Origin: Cycas panzhihuaensis
Taxonomy: Eukaryota; Plantae; Cycadophyta
Length of the DNA: 64,000 bases
NCBI GenBank assembly: GCA_023213395.1
Contig: CM041465.1
Span: forward strand, 103,361,741 to 103,425,740
Reading direction: 5' to 3'
Part shown: positions 11,788 to 23,900 of the stretch, in pieces
How positions within the stretch are numbered: position 1 is the first letter of the stretch
How the letters are laid out: every line of letters begins with the position of its first letter
The notes under the pieces: model-generated
Told to the model about the DNA's origin: nothing
Seen by the model: only the letters and a program-made list of their open reading frames with translations
Databases searched by the model: none
Position numbers and translations under genes: made by a program

Positions 11788-14700
11788 TATTAGAGTTTAA
11801 TGCTTATTTTAATTAACCATGGTATCCTCCCCCATTAATTTTTGTATTATAATATTAGGATTGTAATTATGTGAAAGTGATGATTCAATGGGGATTATAA
11901 CTCATATCTCATAACTACCAAATTATATAGGAATATTATTTTTGTAATTATTAGTTTAAGTTGATATAGATGATTTATAATAGTCAAATTAAAAGCAAAA
12001 AGAATGAAGTAAGGATCATTACTTTAATGTAATGTGTGACTATTATTGAATAGAGATTTATCAAAATTTTTAGAATTAATTTCTAAGGTTTTGATAGTGA
12101 ATCCTTTTAATTAATGTCTTCATTGCATGCCTTACTACTACATTCATGGTATTGGAGCCAAATTTTATGGTGTATTTTTTAATTATAATATTAATATTGC
12201 ACCTTCTTTGTTTGTTAGTAAAGAGTATTATATTGAATATGTACTAAATTTTGCTTTAATGGTAGAGTTATTTAGCTTGTAAAGCAATTTTTTAGCATGC
12301 ATGTTATTGAGTTCAAGTTGTAGCTAGATAAGTATTAATTATAAGTATAAAACAAACACATGTAGATAAATATAAGCATAAAGACTGATATGAAAGTTTG
12401 ATGAAGCATGCAGATGAATATATGTGACATGCATGCCAATATACCTTATGTGCAGGCTGAACAACTAATATGCAAGTATGAAAATGGACTCAATGGACTA
12501 CTATGAACCTTTGTTCTAATATCCTCCTCAAGTAATAAATTATTTAGTCTTGTTTTTCAAGCTCTTAACATTATTTGAAGGACTGTCATTTATGCTAGTA
12601 AAAAGCATTAAAAAAAGAGAGAGAAATGCTTGTTTACTATTAAGAAATTGTATTGTTTAATCTTTGAAAGGCTACTATAAATATTAAAAACATATTGAAA
12701 AATATATTTTTATAAAACATTATAAAAGGAATTTTATTCAATAAGGAATATCATTTATAGAATATTCTAAAACATATATTGCATAGTTTTAAAAACTATA
12801 TTAAAATTAAAATTTTTGTAGCTCCCTTGATGACCTATAAACCAAGGACCTTGTGTATCGATAACAATCAAACTTAGAAGATAAATAATAGGCAAAGATG
12901 GGTCAATTGCAATGTACCCATGGTGAGGAGGAGTAGTAGATGCCCAATAGGCTAACAACAAGAAAAACACATATACAAATACCAAAATTTAACACAAGAA
13001 AAGGCCAAATGCCTAAAGGGGCTAAATAAAGAGTTGATGAACTAGACACAATTGAGGCTCTTCATACAAAGGAGTCAAAAGTGTTAGAGAGGAGATAATT
13101 GATCTTGAGTTATAAAGAGATAGTTGGTAACTAAACAAAGACACCCAACATCATATAGAAGATTGCAAACACAATGCAAGAGGACTTGATGGATGCCAGT
13201 TCAAATGAAAAATAAAGACTATAAGAATGCTCATATAGAGAAATCATACTTCAAGGAGATATCTAAACATAGACAGTTAAGATGAGAAATGTATAGTTAA
13301 AAGCCCAACAAATGCTTAATAAAGAGATATAATGTCAAAAATATAACATATTAAGACAAAGAAGAGGTGCATACTGAGTAAATACAAGTCAAATAGATGT
13401 GTTAGATGAACAAGAGATGAGCTAGATAAAAACAAGGTTAAATAGAGGTGAAAATTATAGTGGAAGAGACTAAGATTGGACAGAAGAAGAATAACACTAA
13501 TTTTGCATACTCATTGTTACCACATGCCACAAAACTATATAATGTAACTTGACAAACTAACTATTATTAGTTTAGCTACATAGTGATAGAGGAAGTTTAG
13601 TAAAAGTGACTTCCTGTAGTAATTATAGTTGATCTTGTGGAGGGGCCCATCTACCACCCATGTATTCCTACTAAATATTTTATGAGAATATTCTTAAATA
13701 AACCTTGGTTAAAAAAACATTAAATAGTTTATAAAGTTTAGCCAAATTAAATTGTATTAGAATGTAATTTGAAGTCTATGAATTAACCCCTTGCCTACTA
13801 ATCCCTAGTCACATGGTTATTTAGGTGCTATAGCCTTTTTTAGACCACTAAGAGTGTAATTTTAAAACATAAATATACCACCATGACTAGTTTTTTGAGA
13901 GCTTTAATTTGGCAGTGGTCACATGCTATATTTTTGTATAAACTTTTTATGAAGAAGTAAGTTTTTTAGTGGTATTTTGGCTACCTATAAGTATATTAAA
14001 GTAGATAACCACCCATGCCAACTACTTACATATAGATTGAGGACCCACACAATTATTTTCTTCATTTTTATGATTTTTTTTTTGGCTTTCTAATTGATTT
14101 TTGCTACATACTGCTTAAAAAATGATTAGTGGAAGTGGAATCATAGGTGTCGTTAGAAAGAAATTAATAGGTTCCAAAATATACACTATTTGGAAGAACT
14201 ACATATTTAGCTTTTTCACATTAATTACCTTTGAAAATATGTCGATAAATTAATTAAGGGAAAGGATGCAAAAAATCATAGCTTTTAAAACCAAATTAAT
14301 GACTAATGCAACTTTTAAAATAGAATATGAGTCAAAGATGAGGATTGCATGCCGATTTCTTAGTATGTCAATCAATGGGAATGCCATAATATACATTAAG
14401 GAAGGAATGACAACAAAGCAGATGTAGGACATAGTAGTGAATCTATTTGAACACAATGACAATTGAAGAGTTCTCAATCTATGAGTTAATTATACACTCT
14501 AAAGATTATAAGGAATGTTGTAGACCACATTAAACATATAAGATCCATTTAGGATTAGTTGGTGACCATAGGTAAAATAAGACTTAATTTAAAAATTATC
14601 ACATGTACACTGAGAAGTTTTTTGCCTTAGTATAAAAATTTCACTACCACTCTTACTTTGGTGAATAAATTGTTTACTCTTACAATAGGATCTTTAAAAT

Positions 14701-17700
14701 CCTTACTTATGGAACATGAGCAAAAGTTGAAGTACATGTTTGGAGAGTCATTTGGAACACTATCATTCAAATCAAAAGGGAATAAGACATATGTTTTAAA
14801 GAAAAATATGTCTTTAAAACCTATAATTTAAAAGGACAAACTAATAGGCTCAAAGGGACATTATAATCAAAAGTGCTACTATTGTGGTAAACTAGGCCAT
14901 ATTAAGAAAGACTATTAGGAATGACAATGTCAATAATAGAAGCAATAGTAATAGCAATAACAACACCACCAATATCAGAAGTAATAATAGCAACAACAAT
15001 GATAATAATGACCACCTATGTAATGTGGTTATGTCACAAATATATTAAACAACTAACCTATAAAAATTTCATAATGATTACTTATTACAATTTACAAAAT
15101 AGGATTAGATACCTAAGATGTGTGGTTCATTAATTCTAGTACATCTTTACATATGACTAGGAGGCTTAAATGGTTTTCTTAGATATGGGAATCAAATCAA
15201 AAGGTTATCATAGGCAACACTACTAATATGGATGCCAAAGAGTACGGAAAGTGCCAATAATCATGACAAATATAAACTTATAATATTTGGATACTATGTT
15301 ATATGTACTAAATCTAAAGGCAATTTTTTTTCTATAGGGGAGATAGAATAATAGGATATGATTGTAATGTTTATTTGAGGATAATGCATGGTCTAAGATA
15401 AACAAAATAATGTTATAGTTAAGGGTATCAAGAAATATAATTTCTATGAACCAGAAGGACACTCTTATGTACTGAGAACATTCCTATCTATATCTCCTAA
15501 ATAGAAGCTATAATATAAATGCATAAGTCATATGAACTACACCAGTTTCTAATTGATATATAATCTAAAAATGTTATATGGTCTTCCCATGATAGATAGT
15601 AAAAGTTGCTTATGTGAACCATGTATATTTAGAAAAGAACATAGAGAGCCCTTCCCAAAGAAAAAGATGTGGAGAATAAAGGAGAAGATAGGATTAGTTC
15701 ACTCAGATATTTATGGACCAATGCATATTGTCTTACTTGGTGAAGTGAAATATTTCATTACCTTCATTGACAACTTTTCATGAAAAGTTTAGGCCTTTCT
15801 ACTAAAGGAATAGTTGTAAGAATTTACCTATTTCAAACATTTCAAAGAGAGGGTAAAAAATAAAAGTGGGTTGAAGATTAAGATCTTATGAACTGATAAT
15901 AGGGGAGAATACACCTTAAATAAATTTAAATAGTTATGTAAGGATCATGGGATCAAAAAGAAATTTATTGCTACTTATACACCTTAATAAAATGGAGTTT
16001 CTAATAGAGTGAACAAAACTCTAGTTGAAAAGGTAAAAGCCATGATGGAAGGTAAGGATGTGCCTAATTATTTATGGGCAAAAGTTATAAATACAACTAC
16101 TTACCTAACTTACAGAAGTACTACCTAGGCTATTAGAAATATAACACCTAAGGAAGCTTGGTCAAGAAGGAAGCCAATTGTAAGTCATCTTAAATTTTTT
16201 AGGCATGCAATGTATATACATATTCCCAAGGAGAAATGACAAAAGTTGGATGACTAAATCAAAAAATACATCCTTATAGGGTATTCTAAGGAGAGTAAAC
16301 CATATAAGGTATATAAGTTGTCAACATAAAATGTTTACATAACTTATGATGTGATCTTCTAGGAAGATGAAACTTAGGATGTTAGTCCAACAAATGTTGA
16401 GGATCAAGTTGAGGAGCTACTTAAATATAGTTCTTCACATGATATAATCGAGTCAGAGTTTAAACCTTTCAATATTAATGAAGCAACTAAAATGGAATCA
16501 TTCCAATTTTTAGTTATTAATTTTGAGATAAAGATATAATTAAAGAAGCTTAAGCCAAAGAAGTTATCAAATGTGAAGCTTTTACCTTCATTATTGAAGA
16601 TGCTTCAAAATGGTATTTAAAAACCATGGAGGATGTTAAACAAATACTGCCAAAACTTGAGGGAAAGTGAAAATAAAAAAATATGTCCCTCTAATCATAT
16701 AGATATGACATTAATAGAAAGTGTATTAAATAATAATGAATAATTCACAATTGAAGAGCTATGAAAGAGAAGAAGTAGTATGATACTATGGAATCTAAAA
16801 TCTAAACAGTCAAGAAAAGCCATACTTAGGATCTAGTAGAATTGCCTACTAACATGAGAATAATTAGATGCAAATTGATCTATAAAATTAAGTTTAAATT
16901 TGATGGATCCATAGATGTGTATAAAGAATGACTTGTTACTAAGGGATTCAAGCAACAAGAAGTGATAAAACACTAAGAGACATTTGCTCCTATTATAAAG
17001 AAGAATACTATTCAACTCATTATGGCAATGACTGAATAATTTAGTTGGGAATCACACCAGATAGATATAAAGTGTGCATTTATAAATGGGGAGTTAAACA
17101 AAGAAGTCTACATAGAATAACCACTTAGATTTATTGAAAAAGGCCATGATCACTTGGTATGTTGACTAAAAAAGGCCTTATATAGCCTAAACTAGGTTCC
17201 TTAACCCTCATGTGAAAAAATTAATTAGTACTTTCAAAAGAATGGGTTTGAGAGATCTCCAACTAACTTAAATCTATGCATCAAAGCTAAAAAGGATAAA
17301 ATCATATTTATGGTCTTGTATGTTGATGACTTATTAATCACAAATATTGATATCAATATGATACCATGCTTAAAAATAGATCTTAGTCATTACTTTAAGA
17401 TGATTGCTTCGAGAATTCTATATTACTTGCTTAGAGTGGAAGTATGACATAGGTGTAAATATATCTTTATCTCATAGGCTAAGTATACCTAGAAAATTTT
17501 AAAGAAATTTAAAATAAAAGATTATAAACCTATGACTATCCCTATGGAGATAAGTTCCAAATTAATAGAAAAAGATGATGGGGCATATGTTGATGCTACA
17601 TTGTATGAGCAACTAGTGGGAAGTTTTATATGTCTAATCACTACTTGACTTGACATATCTTATGTAGTTAGAATAGTGCCTAGATTTATGGCATCACCAA

Positions 17701-18642
17701 AATGATGATATTGGAAAGCAGTAAAGAGAATCCTTAGATACTCAAAAAGAACAATGCATTACAGACACATATTTGAGCATAATGATAATTTCAAGTTAAT
17801 AAGATTTACAAATTTTGATTGGGTCAGATCTATAGATATTAGAAAGTTAACATTTAGATATTATTTTAGTATGGGTTCTACTACAGTTAAATGGAATAAT
17901 AAAAATAAATCAAATATTATTTTATCCTCTATTAAAGTAAAGTATAAGGTTATAGTTATAATAGCTACATAAGTCATTTGGTTATGTCAAATTTTGGAGG
18001 ACATGGGACTATAATAATCAAAACCAACCATCATATACTATGATAATTAGAGTATGATAAAGATTACTAGAAATCATATGTTCCATACATATACCAAACA
18101 TATTAAGGTGCACCATCACTTCATTCAAGAGTTGATTTAGAAAGGTGTAATAGAAATGGTGTACATGCCTATAAAAGAATAAATAGAGAATATCTTCACT
18201 AAAACTTTATTATGTGATATATTTTAGACTCTAAGGGATGGTTTAGGTGTTAGAAGAAATGAAATAAACATTAAGGGGGAGTGTCAGAGTTTAATATTTA
18301 TTTTGAAGGGTCATGGACCACCTCCCCCTTAAATTTTTGTATTATAATATTAGAATTATAATTTTGTGAAAGTGATAAATCAATAGGGGGTTACAACTCA
18401 TATCTTACAACTGTTAAATTAGATAGGAGTATTATTTTTATAATTATTAGGTTAAGTTGATATAGATAATTTGTAATACGTGAATTAAAAGTAAAAAGAG
18501 TGAAGTAAGAATCATTAATTTAATATAATATATGACTATTATTGAATAAAGATTTATCAAAATGTGTAGAATTAATTTCTAAGGTTTTGATAGCGAATCC
18601 TTTCAATTAATGTCCTTATCACATGCCTTACTACTATAGATG
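11788..18642 (+). mobile_element. Ty1/copia element C3, structurally complete but decayed, inserted between G1 RNase H and integrase
   Basis: LTRs 11788-~12142 and 18282-~18638 are colinear. PBS TGGTATTGGAGCC 12147-12159. gag from 14122 with CYYCGKLGH at ~14874, integrase ORF 15553-15783 (HSDIYGP), RT and RNase H to ~18240, PPT TTAAGGGGGAG 18271-18281. Candidate TSD AAACT at 11783-11787 and 18643-18647. Confidence 0.9.
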
Positions 18643-18649
18643 AAACTTG

Positions 18650-19269
18650 ATTTACTCCATTTTAATAGCATATAAAGAAGACAAATTCTATAGGTAAGCA
18701 AAGAAAGCATTATAAAGGTAATAAACGCGAGAGAATATTAATGCCAAGCTCTTAAGGAAGTATATAGATTTTCACATGGAAAAAAAAGGTATTCTAATTT
18801 TCTAGTAGAGAATCTATGTGCCATAAGTTCTAGGCATTCGAGAGTTGATTATTTAAGAAGCCCATGATACTATGTATGTAGGCCATCCAAGCTATCATAA
18901 AACTTATGTAGTAGTAAAGAAATAATTCTATCAGCCTAGTATAAAAAGTGACATAATGAGTTACATAACTAAATGTTTGACATGCTAATGGATTAAGGCA
19001 GAATATAAGCATCTTATAAGTTTATTGCATGCCATAGATATTCTAGAATGGAAATGAGAAACCATCACTATAGATTTCATCATAAGTCTGCCTAAGAGTT
19101 CTAAGTAGCATGACACTATTCTAATGGTAGTAGATAGAGTTACTAAGCCAATGTACTTTATTCTAATCTACTCCATAAACATAGATATATATATTATTAT
19201 ATTCATGAAGAAAGTAATGAAGATACATAGTGTCCCTAAGGTAATCATCTCAAATAGGGATGTTAAATT
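18650..19269 (+). pseudogene. G1 integrase, N-terminal part (HHCC zinc finger and start of core)
   Basis: HDTMYVGHP...CLTC, ITIDFIISLP, VPKVIISNRDVKF, cut by C4 at 19270. Confidence 0.85.
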
Positions 19270-19689
19270 TATTGGAAGATATAATGCACATTCAATGTAA
19301 TTAGTTAAGTAAACTATCACATATAATTGGTCAATATAAAGGCCAAATATGATTGGTTGTAAGTGAGACATATATGCCCACAACATAACTAGAAGTATAC
19401 CTATAAGGTAAGATGTAAGATAATTGATATTATAATTATGTTAAGCTCTATTATAGTATTACTTTGATGATATTATATTGATCCTAGTTATGATATTCTA
19501 TGTGGTTACATGGCTAACATGGTATGAGAGAATTTAGTGAATATGAGAAGCTAAAACATGAGCACTTGATGAAAGTAAGAAGCTAAAACAAGGTGTTGTA
19601 AGGAAGTTATGATCAATTAAAATTTGTTGGATATTGTTGTCACATCAATCTTATCCCATAAGTCATAAAGCTATTATTCTTTATCAATC

Positions 19690-20300
19690 TTATGCTTATT
19701 GATAGTCCATTACTATTTGAAGTTTCTTATTGAGGGGTCCATAGCTAGTTTAAAGGTTAAAACCTATCAAAATACTACTAAAAATCTTATTTTGCGACTA
19801 AACTCTTAACTCTCTTTATTAAAATAATGAAGCCACGTCCTATTCCAACTCCTCTTGATGGTGTTCTACCTCTTCCTTTTGAAGAACTTCTCCCTCTTAA
19901 TGGAGTGGGATTCCTTCCTCTTGAATAACTTCTTCCTCTTGATCTTCCTCTTCCTAACTAAAATTGACCTTGTTGTCCTTGTCTATATCCATATCCTTAC
20001 ATGCTTATCGATAGTCCATTACTGCTTAAAGTCTATTGTTGAAGGGTCTATAGCCTATTTGAAGGAAGAAACCTATCAAAATCCTATTAAAAAGTTGGCT
20101 TTATGACTAAACTCTTAACTTCATTTATCAAAATAATAAATCCTCTTCCTCTTCTAACTCCTTTTAATGGTGTTCTACCTCTTCCTCTTGAAGAACTTCC
20201 CTCTCTTTATGGAGTGGGATTCCTTCCTCTTGAATAGCTTCTTCCTCTTAATCTTCCTCTTTTTTATTAAAATTATCCTTATTATCCTTATCCATATCCT
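19690..20300 (-). repeat. Two tandem ~310-bp units, each containing an antisense copy of the RG-rich gag segment of C4
   Basis: Units ~19690-19998 and ~20001-20300 both start ATGCTTAT(T/C)GATAGTCCATTACT. The reverse complement of their right halves matches ~31290-31460. Confidence 0.85.
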
Positions 20301-20319
20301 TATCTGGCTAGCTTGAACG

Positions 20320-20976
20320 TGTGACCTGTATAAACCTTACCCGTACTAGGGTATTGCTTCACAAACCTAAATAAGAATCTTTAGTATTTATAGACTATAT
20401 AAATCACTTCTATGATCTATTTGATATCTCATTTGTATGGAGTAAGCATTTCATTTTTTTTTTGTAATTTACAAGTAGCATTTCTATGGTTCTATACATC
20501 ACCAATAAAATAATGCAGTGGGACCCATTCTAGACCTTCAATATATATAGTTATATCCCATATTCTAATAGCTCCATCTCCTCTAATTTGATGAATAACA
20601 ACCCATTATATAGCCATCGATCATGTATTCTTCCTATAGAACATTCGAGCTTAAATGATCCACAAACTCATGCCTAAGCATCCTTACTTGATCGTGAAGT
20701 AGATCAATCACTAATTTTATCAAGTTTGTAGAGATTTAGTTGTGCACATAGTTTAGTTAATGGTTAATTAGTTTACAGATATTTAACCTTGGTTAATTTT
20801 TTTTAACATTGAGCTACATTAGAATTATTTTTTGAGTATATAGAGCTCCTTTGGATTAAGCAAGTGGATATATTAAGTTAACATGTGATCAAATGCTAAT
20901 GCTAAAAGGGGCTAAAGGCCTTCTAATCACCCATGGGCTTTTGGTAAAATAACAAGTCATAAGTGGTATCAGAGCC
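20320..20976 (+). mobile_element. LTR element F: 5' LTR (~640 bp) plus intact PBS; a short internal remnant continues at 27538-27753
   Basis: Inverted termini TGTGAC (20320) and GTCATA (20961, decayed GTCACA), then AG and a perfect PBS TGGTATCAGAGCC at 20964-20976. No partner LTR found, so the LTR start is inferred. Confidence 0.55.
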
Positions 20977-20985
20977 TAGGTTCAA

Positions 20986-23900
20986 TGATCCCAAAGTGGA
21001 GTGTGATTGGTGAAGAAATTAATTATCAATATTTTTCTTTGAGATCCTAAGATGTTAATGTAAAATTTCTAATAATATTAATAAAAGAGTGAGCCCATAA
21101 AAGGATACTCTATACCAACTCGTGCATACTTACCATTACTCCAAAGTAAGAAGAATAATACTTTTATTATTTTAGAAAAATCTCCATTTAATGGTGGAGA
21201 AAAAAAAATAGTAAAGAATAGACAAGTTATAATGAAGAAATAATATAACTATACCAAAAGGGACCTCCAACTTCCCAAGACTCCTTCAATGAAGCTCCCA
21301 CTCTCGAAAATAGATACTTAAAGTGTTGAAATTTTCCTCCTTTATCGTCTCTAACACCTTCCAAGTGCTTCCTTAATGTTGTTCCCAAGTTAAGTGTCTC
21401 CCACACATAAGAACCAAGTCTCCAACATCAAAAATGAGCTCAAGAGACTTAATTTATAGAAAGAAATCCGCTAACAACTAAAATACATATTTTTTAAGTG
21501 GTATTCATGCAAGTCCAATCACCAATAGCCAAAATACATGTTATCTAAGTGGCATTCATGTAAGTTTAAAATGTTGTAGCTTGATACCTAGGGCAAACAA
21601 ACTCCAATTAAGCTCAAATTTGGTAGACTTATAGGAATAATGTCTCCTTTATGTCCTCAAAATTTTAGCTCATTTGGATATCATTTTCCTATATTTTTAC
21701 TAATTTAAACATAGTATATACTTATTATTTTTCTATTAGCCATGGGAGTTATTTTCTATAAAACAAAGTTTGCCATCTAGCCAAATTATATTTTTTGAAT
21801 CCCACCTTTTACACACATTTAGTGGGACGTGTCTTATTCCTTCCCATAAAATTTTATATTATTTTGACACCATTTGATAATATTTCTTTTAGTTGTGCTA
21901 ATGCCTATCATTTTCTACTTCTTGTTGACATAAGGTAGATCCTCCTAGATTATGGCTCCCTTTCCTTGGAAAATAGCCAACTCCTATTTGGTTTAGAATT
22001 GAAGATGGGAGAAGTGTTATTCCCCTTGATGCTTACTAAACCACTTGGCCTTACTAGGCAACTGTCCTACTACTCTAATCCTAAAAGATTCATGTATCTT
22101 ATATCTTGTTCTAGTGGAATTTCTCTTTAAGATACAATCCTCCTTGAGAGGCTCCTCACTCTACAAATATAAGTCATCAACTGAAGGTACAGTGAACTGG
22201 TCTTGCTCCTCATCTAGCATGTAGGGCTCAAAGAGCTTCAAATACTTAGAATTTACTACTAAATATATTTATATATAAGGTGGAAGATCAAGTTGGAAAG
22301 CATTACCACCTACTTTTCTTAAAATCTTGAATGGTCTATACCTTATAGGTTTGAGTTTCTTGCCTTCCCCTTTCAACCTTTTCTTGCTCAAGTATAACCA
22401 TGTCAAATCTCCTTCTTAAAAAGTAGACTCTTGCCTATATTTGTCATGTCTTTCCTTATACTTTTGTTGAGTCCTTAGAAGTTGATCATGTACTTCTTTG
22501 TGGACTTTTTAGATCTTCTCGAAGTATCTCAAAGCCTTATCATACCCCTCCTACTCTTTGGTAAATCCTTCCTTAGCTTATATGGAAAACTCTAAGTCAA
22601 ATAGACTTCAAGGTAAGTATCCAAAACAAACTTTAAAAGGTGCTTTATAGTGTGATGCATACATTACCTTATTGAATTCAAATTGTAGAAAAGCTAATGA
22701 TTTATCACAAGTCTTTAGGTGCTTGGAATTGTATCCCCTCAACAAATATACCAAAGTTCTATTCACTACTTTGGTTTGTCCATCTATTTAAGGATGGAAA
22801 CTTGTACTCCTCTTCAATTTGGTATCCATAATCTCCCATAGCATCTTCCAAAATAATGAAAGGAATTGAGTGTCCCAATCTGAAATGATGGAAGAAGGCA
22901 AGCTAAAATTCTTCCATACATTCTCAAAGAACAACTCGGCTACCCCTGCTCTTATGATTGTCTTCTTATAAGGTATTAAACATATCATCTTACTAAACCT
23001 ATCTATAATAATAAAGAGATAGTCATGTCCCTTCCTAATCATGGGAAGTCCCCCTAAGAAATTTATGGAGATACTTTCCCAAGGCCTAGTGGGAAGAGGT
23101 AGTGGTGTATATAATCCTAATTTTCTAGTAGAAGGCTTAGAAGTATTATATATTACACATTCTTTAATATATTTGCTTACACCATTTTGCATCTTTGGCC
23201 ATATAACATATCTTCTCAAGTTTGCTAAAGTCTTCTCTACATCAAAGTGACCAAGTACTTTAGAAGTATGGGCTTCTCTAATCCACTTGATCTTGCCTCC
23301 TTTTGATGGAACATAGAGTTGCTCCCCTTTGAAAAGTAAACCATCCTTCTAAGTAAGTTTGGAAGGTCTTCCTTTTGCTAAGTTCTCCAATTCTTCTTTC
23401 AAGGCTTTATCTTTATTATACAAGTCTTTATACTCTTCATGATGCATTGGCTTCACCTACAAACTCACAAGAGAACTATAAATAAAAGAAGAAGTAGAAG
23501 AAGGTGGTCTAGATAACATATCATCAATTTTATTAGTATTCTATTTTTTTTACTTAATTATGATATTAAATTGCTATAAATAACTCATTTACTTCATGTG
23601 TCTTGCTTGTTGTAATTTACTTTGAGTTTGTAAAAATTAAAGAGGCTTATGATAAGTATGAACTATAACCTTTTTCCAAGTAAGTAGGACCTCTAATATC
23701 TACATGCTTGATGTACTGTAAACATTTCTCGATCATATATTGGGTAGTTTTTTATTTGAGGGGTGAAAACTTTCAAATGGTAAGAAATAGACTTCCCATC
23801 TTGAATAAGGATAACTCACATTATACTTCTACTTGCATCAGATTCTACTTCAAAAGGCCTTTACAAATTTGGCATTACCAAAATTGGTGTTTCATAAACT

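Noticed and set aside
14921-15133. Thr/Ile-rich ORF as a separate protein
   Set aside because: Out-of-frame reading of the AAT/AAC-rich (Asn-rich) linker after the C3 gag zinc knuckle.
20964-20985. tRNA gene or SINE
   Set aside because: The match is the complement of the tRNA-iMet 3' end (a PBS). No cloverleaf or convincing A/B-box pair.
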